A DNA stretch of 64,000 nucleotides from an uncultured Candidatus Saccharibacteria bacterium (GCA_964507275.1 CAZDPG010000001.1:188061-252060); one strand, 5' to 3'. Shown: positions 1 to 9,029, counted from the stretch's first letter. The notes: a model not told the origin generated them from the sequence alone. A program made the numbers and translations.

Positions 1-1767
1 ACTGACGCTACGGATGTGAACTTCACCTTCGGCTCTTCCTTCATCCTGCAAAAGAATGTTTCGGCAACCGTAGATATATACGCAGATGCCAAAACGACAA
101 CAGGAGCCGCATTCAGTAATAACGACACGGCAACAGTCTCTATCGGTCAGGGTTCGGCAAATGGTCAGGGCCAAGTCACGCTATCTACCATTGATGTACC
201 TACCTCGGCGGTTGTGGCTAACACAATAACAATTTCTGCCTCCTCACTTACATCAGCAAAATATTCAGGATACAGCAATCAGACCACGATTGCAGGCACA
301 AATAATGCCAGACTCGGCTCATTTACTCTTTCAACAGGTTCCATGGAAAGCGTGAATGTGAATACAATTACAGTAGCTCTTTCTGCAGACGAGTCTGCAA
401 CCATTACGGATCTCATGTTGAAGGACAACGCAACTGGCACGCAGATAGGCACGACAAAGGCGACACCTTCTACGAGCAATGCGTTCTCAGTCAACTTCAA
501 TATCGCAGCATCTGGGACGAAGGTTGTCGATGTCTATGGCAACATAAAGTCTGGTGCAAATGTTGGTCAATGGATTGCGACTGTTGTTGATGTGTCCGGG
601 ACAGGATCTGTGACTGGCAGTGCCATTAGTGGTGCAACTGCGACTGATCTTCAAACAATTACTATTGGTTCGGCTATTCTCACGGCTACAGTCGGAACAT
701 CGCCTGATAATGCGAATGTTATTGCAGGCTCTAGCATGGTAAAGGTCGGTTCGTTTGACTTCGCCGCGCAGTATTCTGGTTACACAATCGATAAGATTAA
801 GGTGAAGATTTCTGCGAACGCTGCGACTGCGGTCTCCTCAATTACCTTGAGATATCCGAATGCCAACGGTGTATCAACGGATACAGTGCAGTCTATTGTC
901 GGTTCCTCGGGCAGTCAGTCGCACGCAACGTCGACATTCACCGGCCTTACATTCTATGTCCCATCGGGCACAACAAAGAAGCTTGATGTGTACGTGAATT
1001 TGAGCACTATCCAGAACGATGGTGATTCGGGGAAGTCCGTATCGGTTGTGCTTGATGCTGACGAAGGGTTCCGAGCAACTGATTCTTCTGGCTCAACGAA
1101 GACATTACTTGCAAATTCTGATATTGCTTCAAATGATACAAGTGGAAAGGGTACGATGTATGTGAGGAAGTCCATTCCGACTCTTTCTGCGGTCGCACTT
1201 GATACCTCTACACTCTCTAATGGATCAAATAAGGTTCTTGGGCGTATGAAAATTACGGCAGATGCAGCCGGAGATATAAGTTGGAATAAACTTGTCTTTA
1301 CTGTTAATAAGACAGCAGCTCTGACTCTTGGAGCAACATCAACTATCGCACTCTGGCAGGGCCCAAGTCAGATCGCAGGCATCTTTGCCACAACAACTGG
1401 AAGCCACGAGGCACAGTTACAAGCGTTCACGACTTCGGCAACAAGTGGCGCGCTGGTATTCGTTCCAACGAGTGAACAGCAAGTATCTGCAGGTACATCA
1501 ATCACTTATGAGCTTCGTGGAACGGTTGGTGGTATCTCATCTGCCGGAGGATATTCATTTGATGTTTCAATTTGGAATCTTTCTACTTCCGCGACGACAG
1601 GTACGGCTTCAGAGATTGGCGTCACAGCAGTTATCGACCCGTCATTCACTTGGTCTGACAGGTCGTCTGTCGCTCTAGTTCATTCCCTGACGACCTCCGA
1701 CTGGACCAACGATTATCTCGTGAGAACTCTGCCTCTTACCGTCGGCAATCTCTCGGTATCGATCTAA
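1..1767 (+). CDS. Large Ser/Thr/Gly-rich beta-sandwich surface protein (S-layer-like), 5' truncated by the window edge
   Basis: The frame is open from position 1. It shows repeated Ig-like units with T/S/G/V-rich composition and a C-terminal WSDRS...HS...DWTNDYLVRTLP tail of the kind seen in large CPR surface proteins. Confidence 0.7.
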   Translation, partial: TDATDVNFTFGSSFILQKNVSATVDIYADAKTTTGAAFSNNDTATVSIGQGSANGQGQVTLSTIDVPTSAVVANTITISASSLTSAKYSGYSNQTTIAGTNNARLGSFTLSTGSMESVNVNTITVALSADESATITDLMLKDNATGTQIGTTKATPSTSNAFSVNFNIAASGTKVVDVYGNIKSGANVGQWIATVVDVSGTGSVTGSAISGATATDLQTITIGSAILTATVGTSPDNANVIAGSSMVKVGSFDFAAQYSGYTIDKIKVKISANAATAVSSITLRYPNANGVSTDTVQSIVGSSGSQSHATSTFTGLTFYVPSGTTKKLDVYVNLSTIQNDGDSGKSVSVVLDADEGFRATDSSGSTKTLLANSDIASNDTSGKGTMYVRKSIPTLSAVALDTSTLSNGSNKVLGRMKITADAAGDISWNKLVFTVNKTAALTLGATSTIALWQGPSQIAGIFATTTGSHEAQLQAFTTSATSGALVFVPTSEQQVSAGTSITYELRGTVGGISSAGGYSFDVSIWNLSTSATTGTASEIGVTAVIDPSFTWSDRSSVALVHSLTTSDWTNDYLVRTLPLTVGNLSVSI

Positions 1768-3026
1768 TGCATATGTATCGGCACAGACTTCTTATCGTCG
1801 TCGTAATCATTGGGTTGGTGGCTTTACCGTCTTTGGCTCTCGCCGCACCTGGTATTCCTGCGCAGTTTTATGGAACTGTGCAAAATGGATCAGGAACAGC
1901 ATCATCGGGTTTAACTGTTAATGCCCTCATAAACGGAATTGTGATTGCCACGACGACTACTCAGAGCGACGGTAGTTATGGCTCGTCACCGAATCTTCTT
2001 ATCATCTCAGACGCGAACGGGACGCTCGCAGGGACTACTATCACATTCAAAGTGAACGGTGTTGCCGTATCTCAGACAGCAACATTTGCAAACGCGTTGC
2101 TCACTCATCTCGACCTCGCCATCTCTAGTTCTGCTCAGGTACTTAGTGAAAACATAACCGTCAGTACAAGCCGTCCAGAGATTTTAGTTGGTACGAGCAA
2201 CATCACTAGCTCTACAATCACAATCCCTAGTAGTGTGACCAATGCAACGATCAACATATCTGCGATTACAACGAATACCGCGAATAGCACTACAGCGACT
2301 ATTCAGGCTCCAATGACTATTAACGCTTCTACGGCTATTGGGGCCGTGAATGTAGAAATACCAGCCGGCCTCCAAATAACGGCTGGTACTCCAACGTGGA
2401 ACGGAGTCATTAATGTTCCGCAGATAAAGGAAAATTCTACTGTTACGGCCACGCCAGACAGTGGGAATACAGCCGCTGTTTCTTCTGTTATTGAAATTGG
2501 CTATGGCGATACGAAATTAACCTTTAGTAAGGCTGTGCGAATAAAAATAGCCGGTCAGGCGGGCAAATATGTTGGGTATTCACGCGGTGGAGTGTTCACT
2601 ACAATTACAAATGTCTGCGGTGCTGATTCTCAAACAACTGGTGATGCTCTGTCCGCGGAAGGAGACTGTAAGATTAGTGTCGGTTCGGACATGATCATTT
2701 GGACCAAGCATTTTACGAATTTCGTCACATACACACAGACATCTATTCCTGCTTCAACACCTGCTCCATCAGGCGGTGGTGGTGGAGGGGGCGGAGGAGG
2801 AGGCTCGATAGCTACTACTGCTACGATAACTACCGCCACAACGACATTAAATGTAGTCAAAAAGGCAGATGTTAATATTGACGGTAAGGTGGACTTCTTA
2901 GACTTCAATTCGCTCATGGTGCATTGGGGTCAGTCGGGGGCGAGTGTTACCGGAGACTTTAATAGCGATAATATTGTGGATTTCCTCGACTTTAATATGC
3001 TTATGGTTAACTGGACTAAAATATGA
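1767..3026 (+). CDS. Secreted protein with Gly/Thr linker and C-terminal dockerin-like domain
   Basis: Signal peptide (…SLALA/A), poly-Gly and poly-Thr linker, and two EF-hand-like repeats (DVNIDGKVDFLDF, DFNSDNIVDFLDF). Confidence 0.8.
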   Translation: MHMYRHRLLIVVVIIGLVALPSLALAAPGIPAQFYGTVQNGSGTASSGLTVNALINGIVIATTTTQSDGSYGSSPNLLIISDANGTLAGTTITFKVNGVAVSQTATFANALLTHLDLAISSSAQVLSENITVSTSRPEILVGTSNITSSTITIPSSVTNATINISAITTNTANSTTATIQAPMTINASTAIGAVNVEIPAGLQITAGTPTWNGVINVPQIKENSTVTATPDSGNTAAVSSVIEIGYGDTKLTFSKAVRIKIAGQAGKYVGYSRGGVFTTITNVCGADSQTTGDALSAEGDCKISVGSDMIIWTKHFTNFVTYTQTSIPASTPAPSGGGGGGGGGGGSIATTATITTATTTLNVVKKADVNIDGKVDFLDFNSLMVHWGQSGASVTGDFNSDNIVDFLDFNMLMVNWTKI

Positions 3027-3775
3027 AAAACTATATGAAAATTATCTCGGTTCTTGGTGTTTTCGCTCTGCTCACCCCGATGAGTGCGTTGGCGGCAAGC
3101 GTCTCACTATCACCGACAACGATGTCGATACACACGGGAGACACATTTAGCGTGTCTGTCACAGCAGACCCTGCTTCAACCAAACTCTATAGTGTCCGCG
3201 CCAATGTCTCTTTTGATCCGTCACTGGTTGAAATCACAAACTTCTCTTTTGCCAGTGCTTGGATGTCAATTGCACAGCCTGGCTACGATTCAGTCGACAA
3301 TTCAAACGGTATTCTCATCAAGGCGGCTGGTTATCCTGGCGGATTCGCTTCTGCGACGAAGCTCGGCACGATTACGTTCAAGGCAATCAAGACAGGTACG
3401 GCAACAATAAACAGTACGAATAGCTCGCTTCTTCTAGACGCGGTGAGTAAGAATCAAATTAGTGGTACACAAGGGAGTATCTCAGTCTCTATCACTTCAG
3501 CACCGACAATGTCCGTGAAGACGACACCTAAACCGACTACTGTTTCTCCAGCAAAAGCGAAAACACCTGTAGTCACATCTGTCGTCGAACCTATTGCGGA
3601 AGCGACCTCAACCACATCGACCACGATTGCTACAAGTTCACTGTTGGCTGCTGTTAACGGAGCTATCACATTCGGGACCGGAAGCCCGATTGTCTCCGCA
3701 ATACTTTCCGCTGTTGTGGTGCTTCTAGTTATCTACGGTCTCTATTACTACCGTTACTACCGCCGTAACTGGTAA
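3023..3775 (+). CDS. Cohesin-domain protein with C-terminal membrane anchor
   Basis: Signal peptide; SLSP…GDTFSVSV…VSFDPSLVEI…LGTITFKA cohesin-like pattern; Pro/Thr linker; C-terminal TM helix followed by a basic tail (YRYYRRNW). Confidence 0.75.
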   Translation: MKNYMKIISVLGVFALLTPMSALAASVSLSPTTMSIHTGDTFSVSVTADPASTKLYSVRANVSFDPSLVEITNFSFASAWMSIAQPGYDSVDNSNGILIKAAGYPGGFASATKLGTITFKAIKTGTATINSTNSSLLLDAVSKNQISGTQGSISVSITSAPTMSVKTTPKPTTVSPAKAKTPVVTSVVEPIAEATSTTSTTIATSSLLAAVNGAITFGTGSPIVSAILSAVVVLLVIYGLYYYRYYRRNW

Positions 3776-3778
3776 TCT

Positions 3779-3811
3779 CTTCTGGGCGCAAAAGCTTTTT
3801 GCTCTCAGAAG
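3779..3811 (+). terminator. Imperfect hairpin after the surface-protein operon
   Basis: CTTCTGGGCGCAAAAG pairs imperfectly with TTTTTGCTCTCAGAAG directly after the stop codon. Confidence 0.45.
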
Positions 3812-3908
3812 TGGTAAATGGATTGAGGAAGACTTTTTGGAAACCTTTTCTATCTGACTCCCATTACGTGTATTTGACAAAGCTAGATTTTAAGCAGACC
3901 CTATAGGT

Positions 3909-5147
3909 ATGACAGCTCTCAAGAAAGGAGAGTATTTGAAACGCGAAACCGCGACTAAGGAGGTCTATTATTATTTAGATGAAAAAGAGGGAGTGGACGT
4001 GCTCAGTCGTGAAGTATTTAAAAAGAAACCCCTTGAAATCCATTACCCTTTCGGGCGTCAAGGACAACCTAAGTATCCATTCGTTCGTAGCGTCGAATTC
4101 CACGGCATATCACCCAACATTATTGGCGGGGTGTTCACAGCAACAAATTTTGGCCTTGGTTTTACGAAGAATTTAAATCCTGCTATTTACCAACTTGAGC
4201 ACTTCCCGCGCGTTAACAAGATTCTGATTTCCAGAACACTTCTTTCAAAGATTGACGGGGATAAGGCTATCTTCAATACTGCCGACCTGGAAAGTATTTT
4301 CCAATGGATAAAACCTCTTAAAGACTCGCAATCTGCTGAGCTTAAGAAGGTGGCCAATAATGCTCTTGCAAAAGTATTTCCCAGCAAATTTAAAGCTCAA
4401 AGCGATAGGTATACCAAGGGATTATTGAGTTTGTTTATAAAAAATAAAGAAATAACCTCGGAGAAACTTTCCAAAGAAGATGTTGGCAATGCTCTTAAGC
4501 TAATTCCCGATCATATAACTGAAGAAAGTCTATTTTATAAAACGGAAGAAAAGATCAATTTTATACGATTAAGTGCTGTGAAGAAGAAGTTTAAGAAATT
4601 GGTTGACCAGAAAACTGATAGCAGACAGCTTGAAGAACGGTGCCAAAAATTCTTTGCCGAAAATAATTGGATATTCTCCAACATACTTTCTGTACCTGTG
4701 GCATTTATGGCAGGGAAAGCCTATGTAGGAGGAAAGACGATCGAGAACAAGTCTGGTAAAGAGGCAGATTTTCTTTACAAAAATAACTTGACACAAAATG
4801 TCTTTGTAATTGAAATTAAGACCCCAAAGAAGAAAATAATTGACGCAAAGAAGCCGTATCGAAAACCAGATGTTTTTCCCTTAGGTAAAGAATTAACTGG
4901 AGGACTTGTTCAACTTCTCGATCAACGAGATTCCTTACAGAAAGAATTCTTTACTCTTGCAAAAGGAGGCGAATTTAAATCGTTCAATCCTAAGGGTTTG
5001 CTAGTGATAGGACGAATCAAAGACTTATCCAAACAGCAACTAAAATCTTTTGAACTTTTTCGTAGTAATTTACGGGATATCGAAATAATTACCTATGATG
5101 AATTGTTGGAGCGGACTGATTTGATACTTAAACAATTTGTAAAATAG
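3909..5147 (+). CDS. sduA: Shedu anti-phage nuclease (DUF4263 family)
   Basis: C-terminal PD-(D/E)xK-like motifs: EERCQKFF…WIF, ADFL, VIEIKTP, GLVQ, NPKGLLVIGR, FELFRSNL…IITYDELLER. Confidence 0.85.
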   Translation: MTALKKGEYLKRETATKEVYYYLDEKEGVDVLSREVFKKKPLEIHYPFGRQGQPKYPFVRSVEFHGISPNIIGGVFTATNFGLGFTKNLNPAIYQLEHFPRVNKILISRTLLSKIDGDKAIFNTADLESIFQWIKPLKDSQSAELKKVANNALAKVFPSKFKAQSDRYTKGLLSLFIKNKEITSEKLSKEDVGNALKLIPDHITEESLFYKTEEKINFIRLSAVKKKFKKLVDQKTDSRQLEERCQKFFAENNWIFSNILSVPVAFMAGKAYVGGKTIENKSGKEADFLYKNNLTQNVFVIEIKTPKKKIIDAKKPYRKPDVFPLGKELTGGLVQLLDQRDSLQKEFFTLAKGGEFKSFNPKGLLVIGRIKDLSKQQLKSFELFRSNLRDIEIITYDELLERTDLILKQFVK

Positions 5148-5172
5148 GGTGCCGAAGAAATAATATCCGCAT

Positions 5173-5574
5173 ATGAACGATATACATATCAAATATAAGG
5201 AGAAACCACCTGACGAATTGATTCTCCAGTTTGAGAAACGTATCGATTACTACCTTTCAGGAATTGGAGCCAAGACCAAAGTAATTCTATACGAACACTC
5301 GTTTGATATGCACTCATTCATAAACGGCGTGGAGATGGATATTGAGAGACACTGGATTAACCACTTTCTCGTTTCCACTCCCGAAATTGCAAATTTCGAG
5401 GTACGGATGTTTGAGTCCGGTATTGGAAGTAATTGGAGAGAAACAGCATGGTATGAAGCGCACGAGATCCAAAACCGACTCTATACTCATATCGGAAGAA
5501 ATGCAGGGCATCCACAAGACGGCGATCCTTACTGGCAACTTTGGGAAAAACTAAAGGAAGACGAAGGCCGATGA
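5173..5574 (+). CDS. Hypothetical protein
   Basis: 133-aa ORF co-oriented with sduA, preceded by TAATAT-N6-ATG. Confidence 0.6.
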   Translation: MNDIHIKYKEKPPDELILQFEKRIDYYLSGIGAKTKVILYEHSFDMHSFINGVEMDIERHWINHFLVSTPEIANFEVRMFESGIGSNWRETAWYEAHEIQNRLYTHIGRNAGHPQDGDPYWQLWEKLKEDEGR

Positions 5575-5609
5575 ACCAAAAGCACACCTCATCAAATATA
5601 AAACGCGTC

Positions 5610-5852
5610 TCAAGGAATAAAATTGACTGCGTTTTGTGCCGCTTCTTCTTGTGCAGGTTGTATCTGCTCACCCCAGCAAACTGCAACATCCCAGCGAATC
5701 GGCCAATGGAAGATACAGCTTGTAACAAAACTCCACAAAAATACAACGATAAATGTTGATACAAAAACAACAGCGGCAAATACCCACTGAAATTTCTCAA
5801 AATCCGTCATTTTCTTAGAACGGCTATATCGATATTTTTTATATCTCGCCAT
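5610..5852 (-). CDS. Small membrane protein
   Basis: Basic N-terminus and one TM helix; starts 3 nt after the DUF3761 gene stop. Confidence 0.55.
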   Translation of the reverse strand: MARYKKYRYSRSKKMTDFEKFQWVFAAVVFVSTFIVVFLWSFVTSCIFHWPIRWDVAVCWGEQIQPAQEEAAQNAVNFIP

Positions 5853-5855
5853 ACC

Positions 5856-6278
5856 TTAGAGCCATTCTGCTACTCCTCCATGGTGGGAACAGGTGCCTCG
5901 TCTGTTCTGGCTGAAACTGCAAGTACCATCTCTGCACTCGGCTGAGGCTCCTATCGATGAGCAGCTAGAGGGCGAATACGCTGGAGAGTGAACCTGCTTT
6001 CCATCTACGTTCGTGTAGTAGTTATCGTTGGATAAGGCAGAAGCAGAAGGCTGTGGCTGGGTTATCTGCTTTACGGGAGCAGGCGCGGAAACTTGCTGGC
6101 TGGGCACCACGGGCTGTACAGAGGGTAACTTGGCTTCTACGGCCGCCGCAGGCTGTACAGGAGATTGTTGTGTAGGATCAGCCGAAATGGCGCTACCTAT
6201 GACTAGAGAGGCCACCAATACAAGCGGGATCAAATACCTCTTTTTCTTATACCAAGGCCGTGCTGAAATCGGCTCCAT
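5856..6278 (-). CDS. DUF3761-domain exported protein
   Basis: N-terminal anchor (PWYKKKR + TM), Pro/Gln linker, then YTNVDG..VHSP…AECRDGTCSFSQNRRGTCSHHGGVAEWL. Confidence 0.8.
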   Translation of the reverse strand: MEPISARPWYKKKRYLIPLVLVASLVIGSAISADPTQQSPVQPAAAVEAKLPSVQPVVPSQQVSAPAPVKQITQPQPSASALSNDNYYTNVDGKQVHSPAYSPSSCSSIGASAECRDGTCSFSQNRRGTCSHHGGVAEWL

Positions 6279-6312
6279 GGCCGCACCCTACTCTTTCGTC
6301 TATAATTAGCAA

Positions 6313-6810
6313 ATGGGGAAAATTGTTCTACTGAGTGGAATTCCTGCGTCAGGGAAATCCACACATGGTAAGTGGTTAGAGACAGAGATGGGCTGTGTCT
6401 ATTGGGACTTAGAACACGAAACACTGGAAGAAGCTGGGACAAGGGCTGGATTGTATCTAGGTACAAATGCCGACCTTGGAAGTTTGCTGGCGGTGGCGAA
6501 GAGAATATCTAAGACCATTGTCATTGACTGGGGATTCCCACCCGACGTATGTCTCAATACCGTCCGATGGCTTTCTGAAAACGGAGTAGAAATCTGGTGG
6601 TTCGACGGAGACCGAGAGGCAGCAAGAATTTCGTTCTTAAGAAGAAGTCCAGAGCTTGAACAGGCACTAGATATACAAATGGAGAAGATAGTAAGATTTG
6701 ATACTGAGATAAAAGACCTATTTGAGGATCATCAAATAAACTCGGTTACGCTTGGCCCTAAATATTTATCACACAAGAAAATCTACAAAACATTGTTTCC
6801 AGAGAACTAA
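6313..6810 (+). CDS. P-loop nucleotide-kinase-like protein
   Basis: N-terminal Walker A (GIPASGKST), Walker-B-like IVID, RxxxR-like lid; preceded by TATAAT-N6-ATG. Confidence 0.75.
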   Translation: MGKIVLLSGIPASGKSTHGKWLETEMGCVYWDLEHETLEEAGTRAGLYLGTNADLGSLLAVAKRISKTIVIDWGFPPDVCLNTVRWLSENGVEIWWFDGDREAARISFLRRSPELEQALDIQMEKIVRFDTEIKDLFEDHQINSVTLGPKYLSHKKIYKTLFPEN

Positions 6811-6892
6811 AGCCTCTGTAGTTGAGGGAGGTTGAAGAATTCAAACGTTTTAGATACATCCAAAGTTCGGAACTCGTACCACCGTGCGAGCA

Positions 6893-6927
6893 AAATGAAA
6901 AAGCGCCACAAGGGCGTTTTTTCATTT
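6893..6927. terminator. Bidirectional intrinsic terminator
   Basis: AAATGAAAAAGCGCC-ACAAG-GGCGTTTTTTCATTT lies between convergent genes. Confidence 0.7.
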
Positions 6928-6951
6928 CTATACCAAACAGCGGCGCTGACT

Positions 6952-7227
6952 TTACTTTCCCTCCATCAGTCTTTTGAAACCTAGGGCGAGCAATATGAGA
7001 CCGAGAAGAAAGATGAAATGGTGTGTGGTCTCCAGAGTAGACGCGCTCATAGCCAGTACATCAGGGTCAACCGTCTCGATGATTTGAGAAAAGCCGATAA
7101 CCACGATGCCGTATCCAATCTTGGTTAAAGACTCACCTATAAGCCCGCCATATCCTTTTAATTTGAAGAGGATCCATAGTGCCAAAAACACTATTACTAG
7201 ATCCAATAGTATTGTCATGATTTCCAT
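6952..7227 (-). CDS. Small three-TM membrane protein
   Basis: Three hydrophobic segments; start reassigned to MEIMTI because it follows TACAAT-N6. Confidence 0.65.
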   Translation of the reverse strand: MEIMTILLDLVIVFLALWILFKLKGYGGLIGESLTKIGYGIVVIGFSQIIETVDPDVLAMSASTLETTHHFIFLLGLILLALGFKRLMEGK

Positions 7228-7363
7228 TGCAATATTGTAATCCATTTATAGAGATATACACGAAGCAAACTCGAACATCCCCAGGAAATTTAAAGCAGGG
7301 CATATTTCAGCAGCTTCCGCACCTTGATAAAGGGGGGCAGGATATCCGTGATATCATGAAGCT

Positions 7364-7672
7364 ATGAGTGAGAAACCAGGGATGAAGCGCAGTGGCGCAT
7401 TCGAATCGTATTTAGGGCATGTGCAACACGAGGCCCGGATGGATACTCCCGAAACGAGGAAGGAACACGCTCTGCGACTGCTCGCAGAGGTTCACGAAGA
7501 CTTGAGTGAGGAGAAGGGCACCCTTTCGCGAGAGGAGGTGGCCGCACTCCTCGCGAAGCTTGATATCGCGGAGGAGGCGACAGGCGATTTCTTCATAAAG
7601 GCCTCAGCGCAGACATACCGGAACGATATCTTTGAACGCTATCCAGAGAGCAAGCCGGAATCAAGAGAGTAA
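7364..7672 (+). CDS. Hypothetical protein
   Basis: Acidic helical ORF preceded by TGaTATCAT-N6-ATG; ends 2 nt before the HD-domain gene. Confidence 0.6.
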   Translation: MSEKPGMKRSGAFESYLGHVQHEARMDTPETRKEHALRLLAEVHEDLSEEKGTLSREEVAALLAKLDIAEEATGDFFIKASAQTYRNDIFERYPESKPESRE

Positions 7673-7674
7673 CT

Positions 7675-8787
7675 ATGTTCCACGAAGAATCCATCGAGCG
7701 CTCTCATATCACTGCTGAGGCAGCGGCCGCAGAAGCTGTCCAGATAGCCGGGGAGGGGAACTACGCCACTATCATTGAGACGCTACGCGAACGAAATCTG
7801 CTTGAAAAAGAAAAGAGTCGCGTGGAACGCGAATATGAGCTCCATGAGATTCCATTTCTGACTGAGCGCGATCGGGAGATGTTTACCGTGCTCGACCTCT
7901 ACGACCCGTCGACCGCGCATCACTGCCTCGAGACGTATCGGATCGCGCGCGGGAAGATAGAGAAAGAAATCATGCCGGGCGTATCATTCGCACGCTTGCT
8001 CGAAAAGCATGAAGAGGTGACGACGGACCAGTTCTACCGCGCCTGCCTGTTCCACGACATCGGCAAGGTGGAAGTACCACGGGCCGTGATTCGCCATCGG
8101 ATGGATGAGGGGCACATGCTCGAATGCATGCACCATGTCTTCCATATGCTGTATCACGACGGCAAGATTCCCGCATGGCTTGACCTCAAAGAAGACGCTA
8201 CCGATCTTGAGATAGATGAGGCGTTTACCAAACAGCACTCGCTTCGTTGCATCCATCTGGTCGCCGCGCGCGAACTGCTCTCCCCAGAGGAACTCTCCGA
8301 AGTCGAGCGCTTCGGCTATACGGGGGATGAGACACTCATGGATATCATCAAGACGCACGAAATGCGCTCAGGCAAAATCCTTGAGAGTGCTGGGTACCCG
8401 ATCGAGTCGCGGCTGGCCTCGCTGCATCACAACTATGGAAAGAAGACGCCGGAGCACCCAATTGCGGTCAGCGTGCTCCACATGAGCGTCGATCTCGCGG
8501 ACATGCTCCATATCGCTGATATCGTACAGGCGCTTTCAGCAGAGCGCTCCTATAAGAAAGCGTTCAGCATACCGAAAGCTATGCACATCATCGCAGAGCA
8601 CGCGCAGGAGGGAAGAATCTCGCTGCTTGCCGCGTATCTCTGGCTCGTCGATGAACTGCGGGTCTATGAAGCCGCACCCAAGGAAGCGCTCGCAGAAGGG
8701 CAGCGGGATCAGGATGCTCCGCATCTCTCGGCCGTCCAGGCGTTCGTCGCGGAAGCAGCGGAGCGTCTCGGGACGCTATCAATATAA
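7675..8787 (+). CDS. HD-domain (HD-GYP-like) phosphohydrolase
   Basis: Motifs TAHHCL, LFHDIGK, THE, LHH and IADIVQAL..ERSYKKA. Confidence 0.75.
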   Translation: MFHEESIERSHITAEAAAAEAVQIAGEGNYATIIETLRERNLLEKEKSRVEREYELHEIPFLTERDREMFTVLDLYDPSTAHHCLETYRIARGKIEKEIMPGVSFARLLEKHEEVTTDQFYRACLFHDIGKVEVPRAVIRHRMDEGHMLECMHHVFHMLYHDGKIPAWLDLKEDATDLEIDEAFTKQHSLRCIHLVAARELLSPEELSEVERFGYTGDETLMDIIKTHEMRSGKILESAGYPIESRLASLHHNYGKKTPEHPIAVSVLHMSVDLADMLHIADIVQALSAERSYKKAFSIPKAMHIIAEHAQEGRISLLAAYLWLVDELRVYEAAPKEALAEGQRDQDAPHLSAVQAFVAEAAERLGTLSI

Positions 8788-8789
8788 TC

Positions 8790-9029
8790 ATGCTCACACT
8801 CTACGTACGTACCGGATGCCCCTTCTGTCACAAAGTGCTCGATACTGTGGCGGAGCTTGATGTCGATGTTGAACAGAAGAATATCGCTGATCAGTCAATT
8901 GCCGACGAACTCGTCGCTCTCGGCGGGAAGCGGCAGGTACCGTACCTGGTCGACTCCGATCGCGGTGTCGCGCTTTATGAGTCGATGGATATCGACTCCT
9001 ACCTGCGCTCGCAGTACCCGAAACACTGA
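8790..9029 (+). CDS. Glutaredoxin-like protein
   Basis: CPFC active site, QVPYL cis-Pro motif, YES..I. Confidence 0.85.
   Translation: MLTLYVRTGCPFCHKVLDTVAELDVDVEQKNIADQSIADELVALGGKRQVPYLVDSDRGVALYESMDIDSYLRSQYPKH

Noticed and set aside
2772-2850. GGN-rich and ACN-rich low-complexity run
   Set aside because: It encodes the poly-Gly/Thr linker of the dockerin protein and is not an independent repeat element.
6864-6891. GTTCGGAACTCGTACCACCG resembling a tRNA 3' end or att remnant near the islet edge
   Set aside because: There is no cloverleaf, no second copy in the window and no adjacent integrase, so it is too weak to call.
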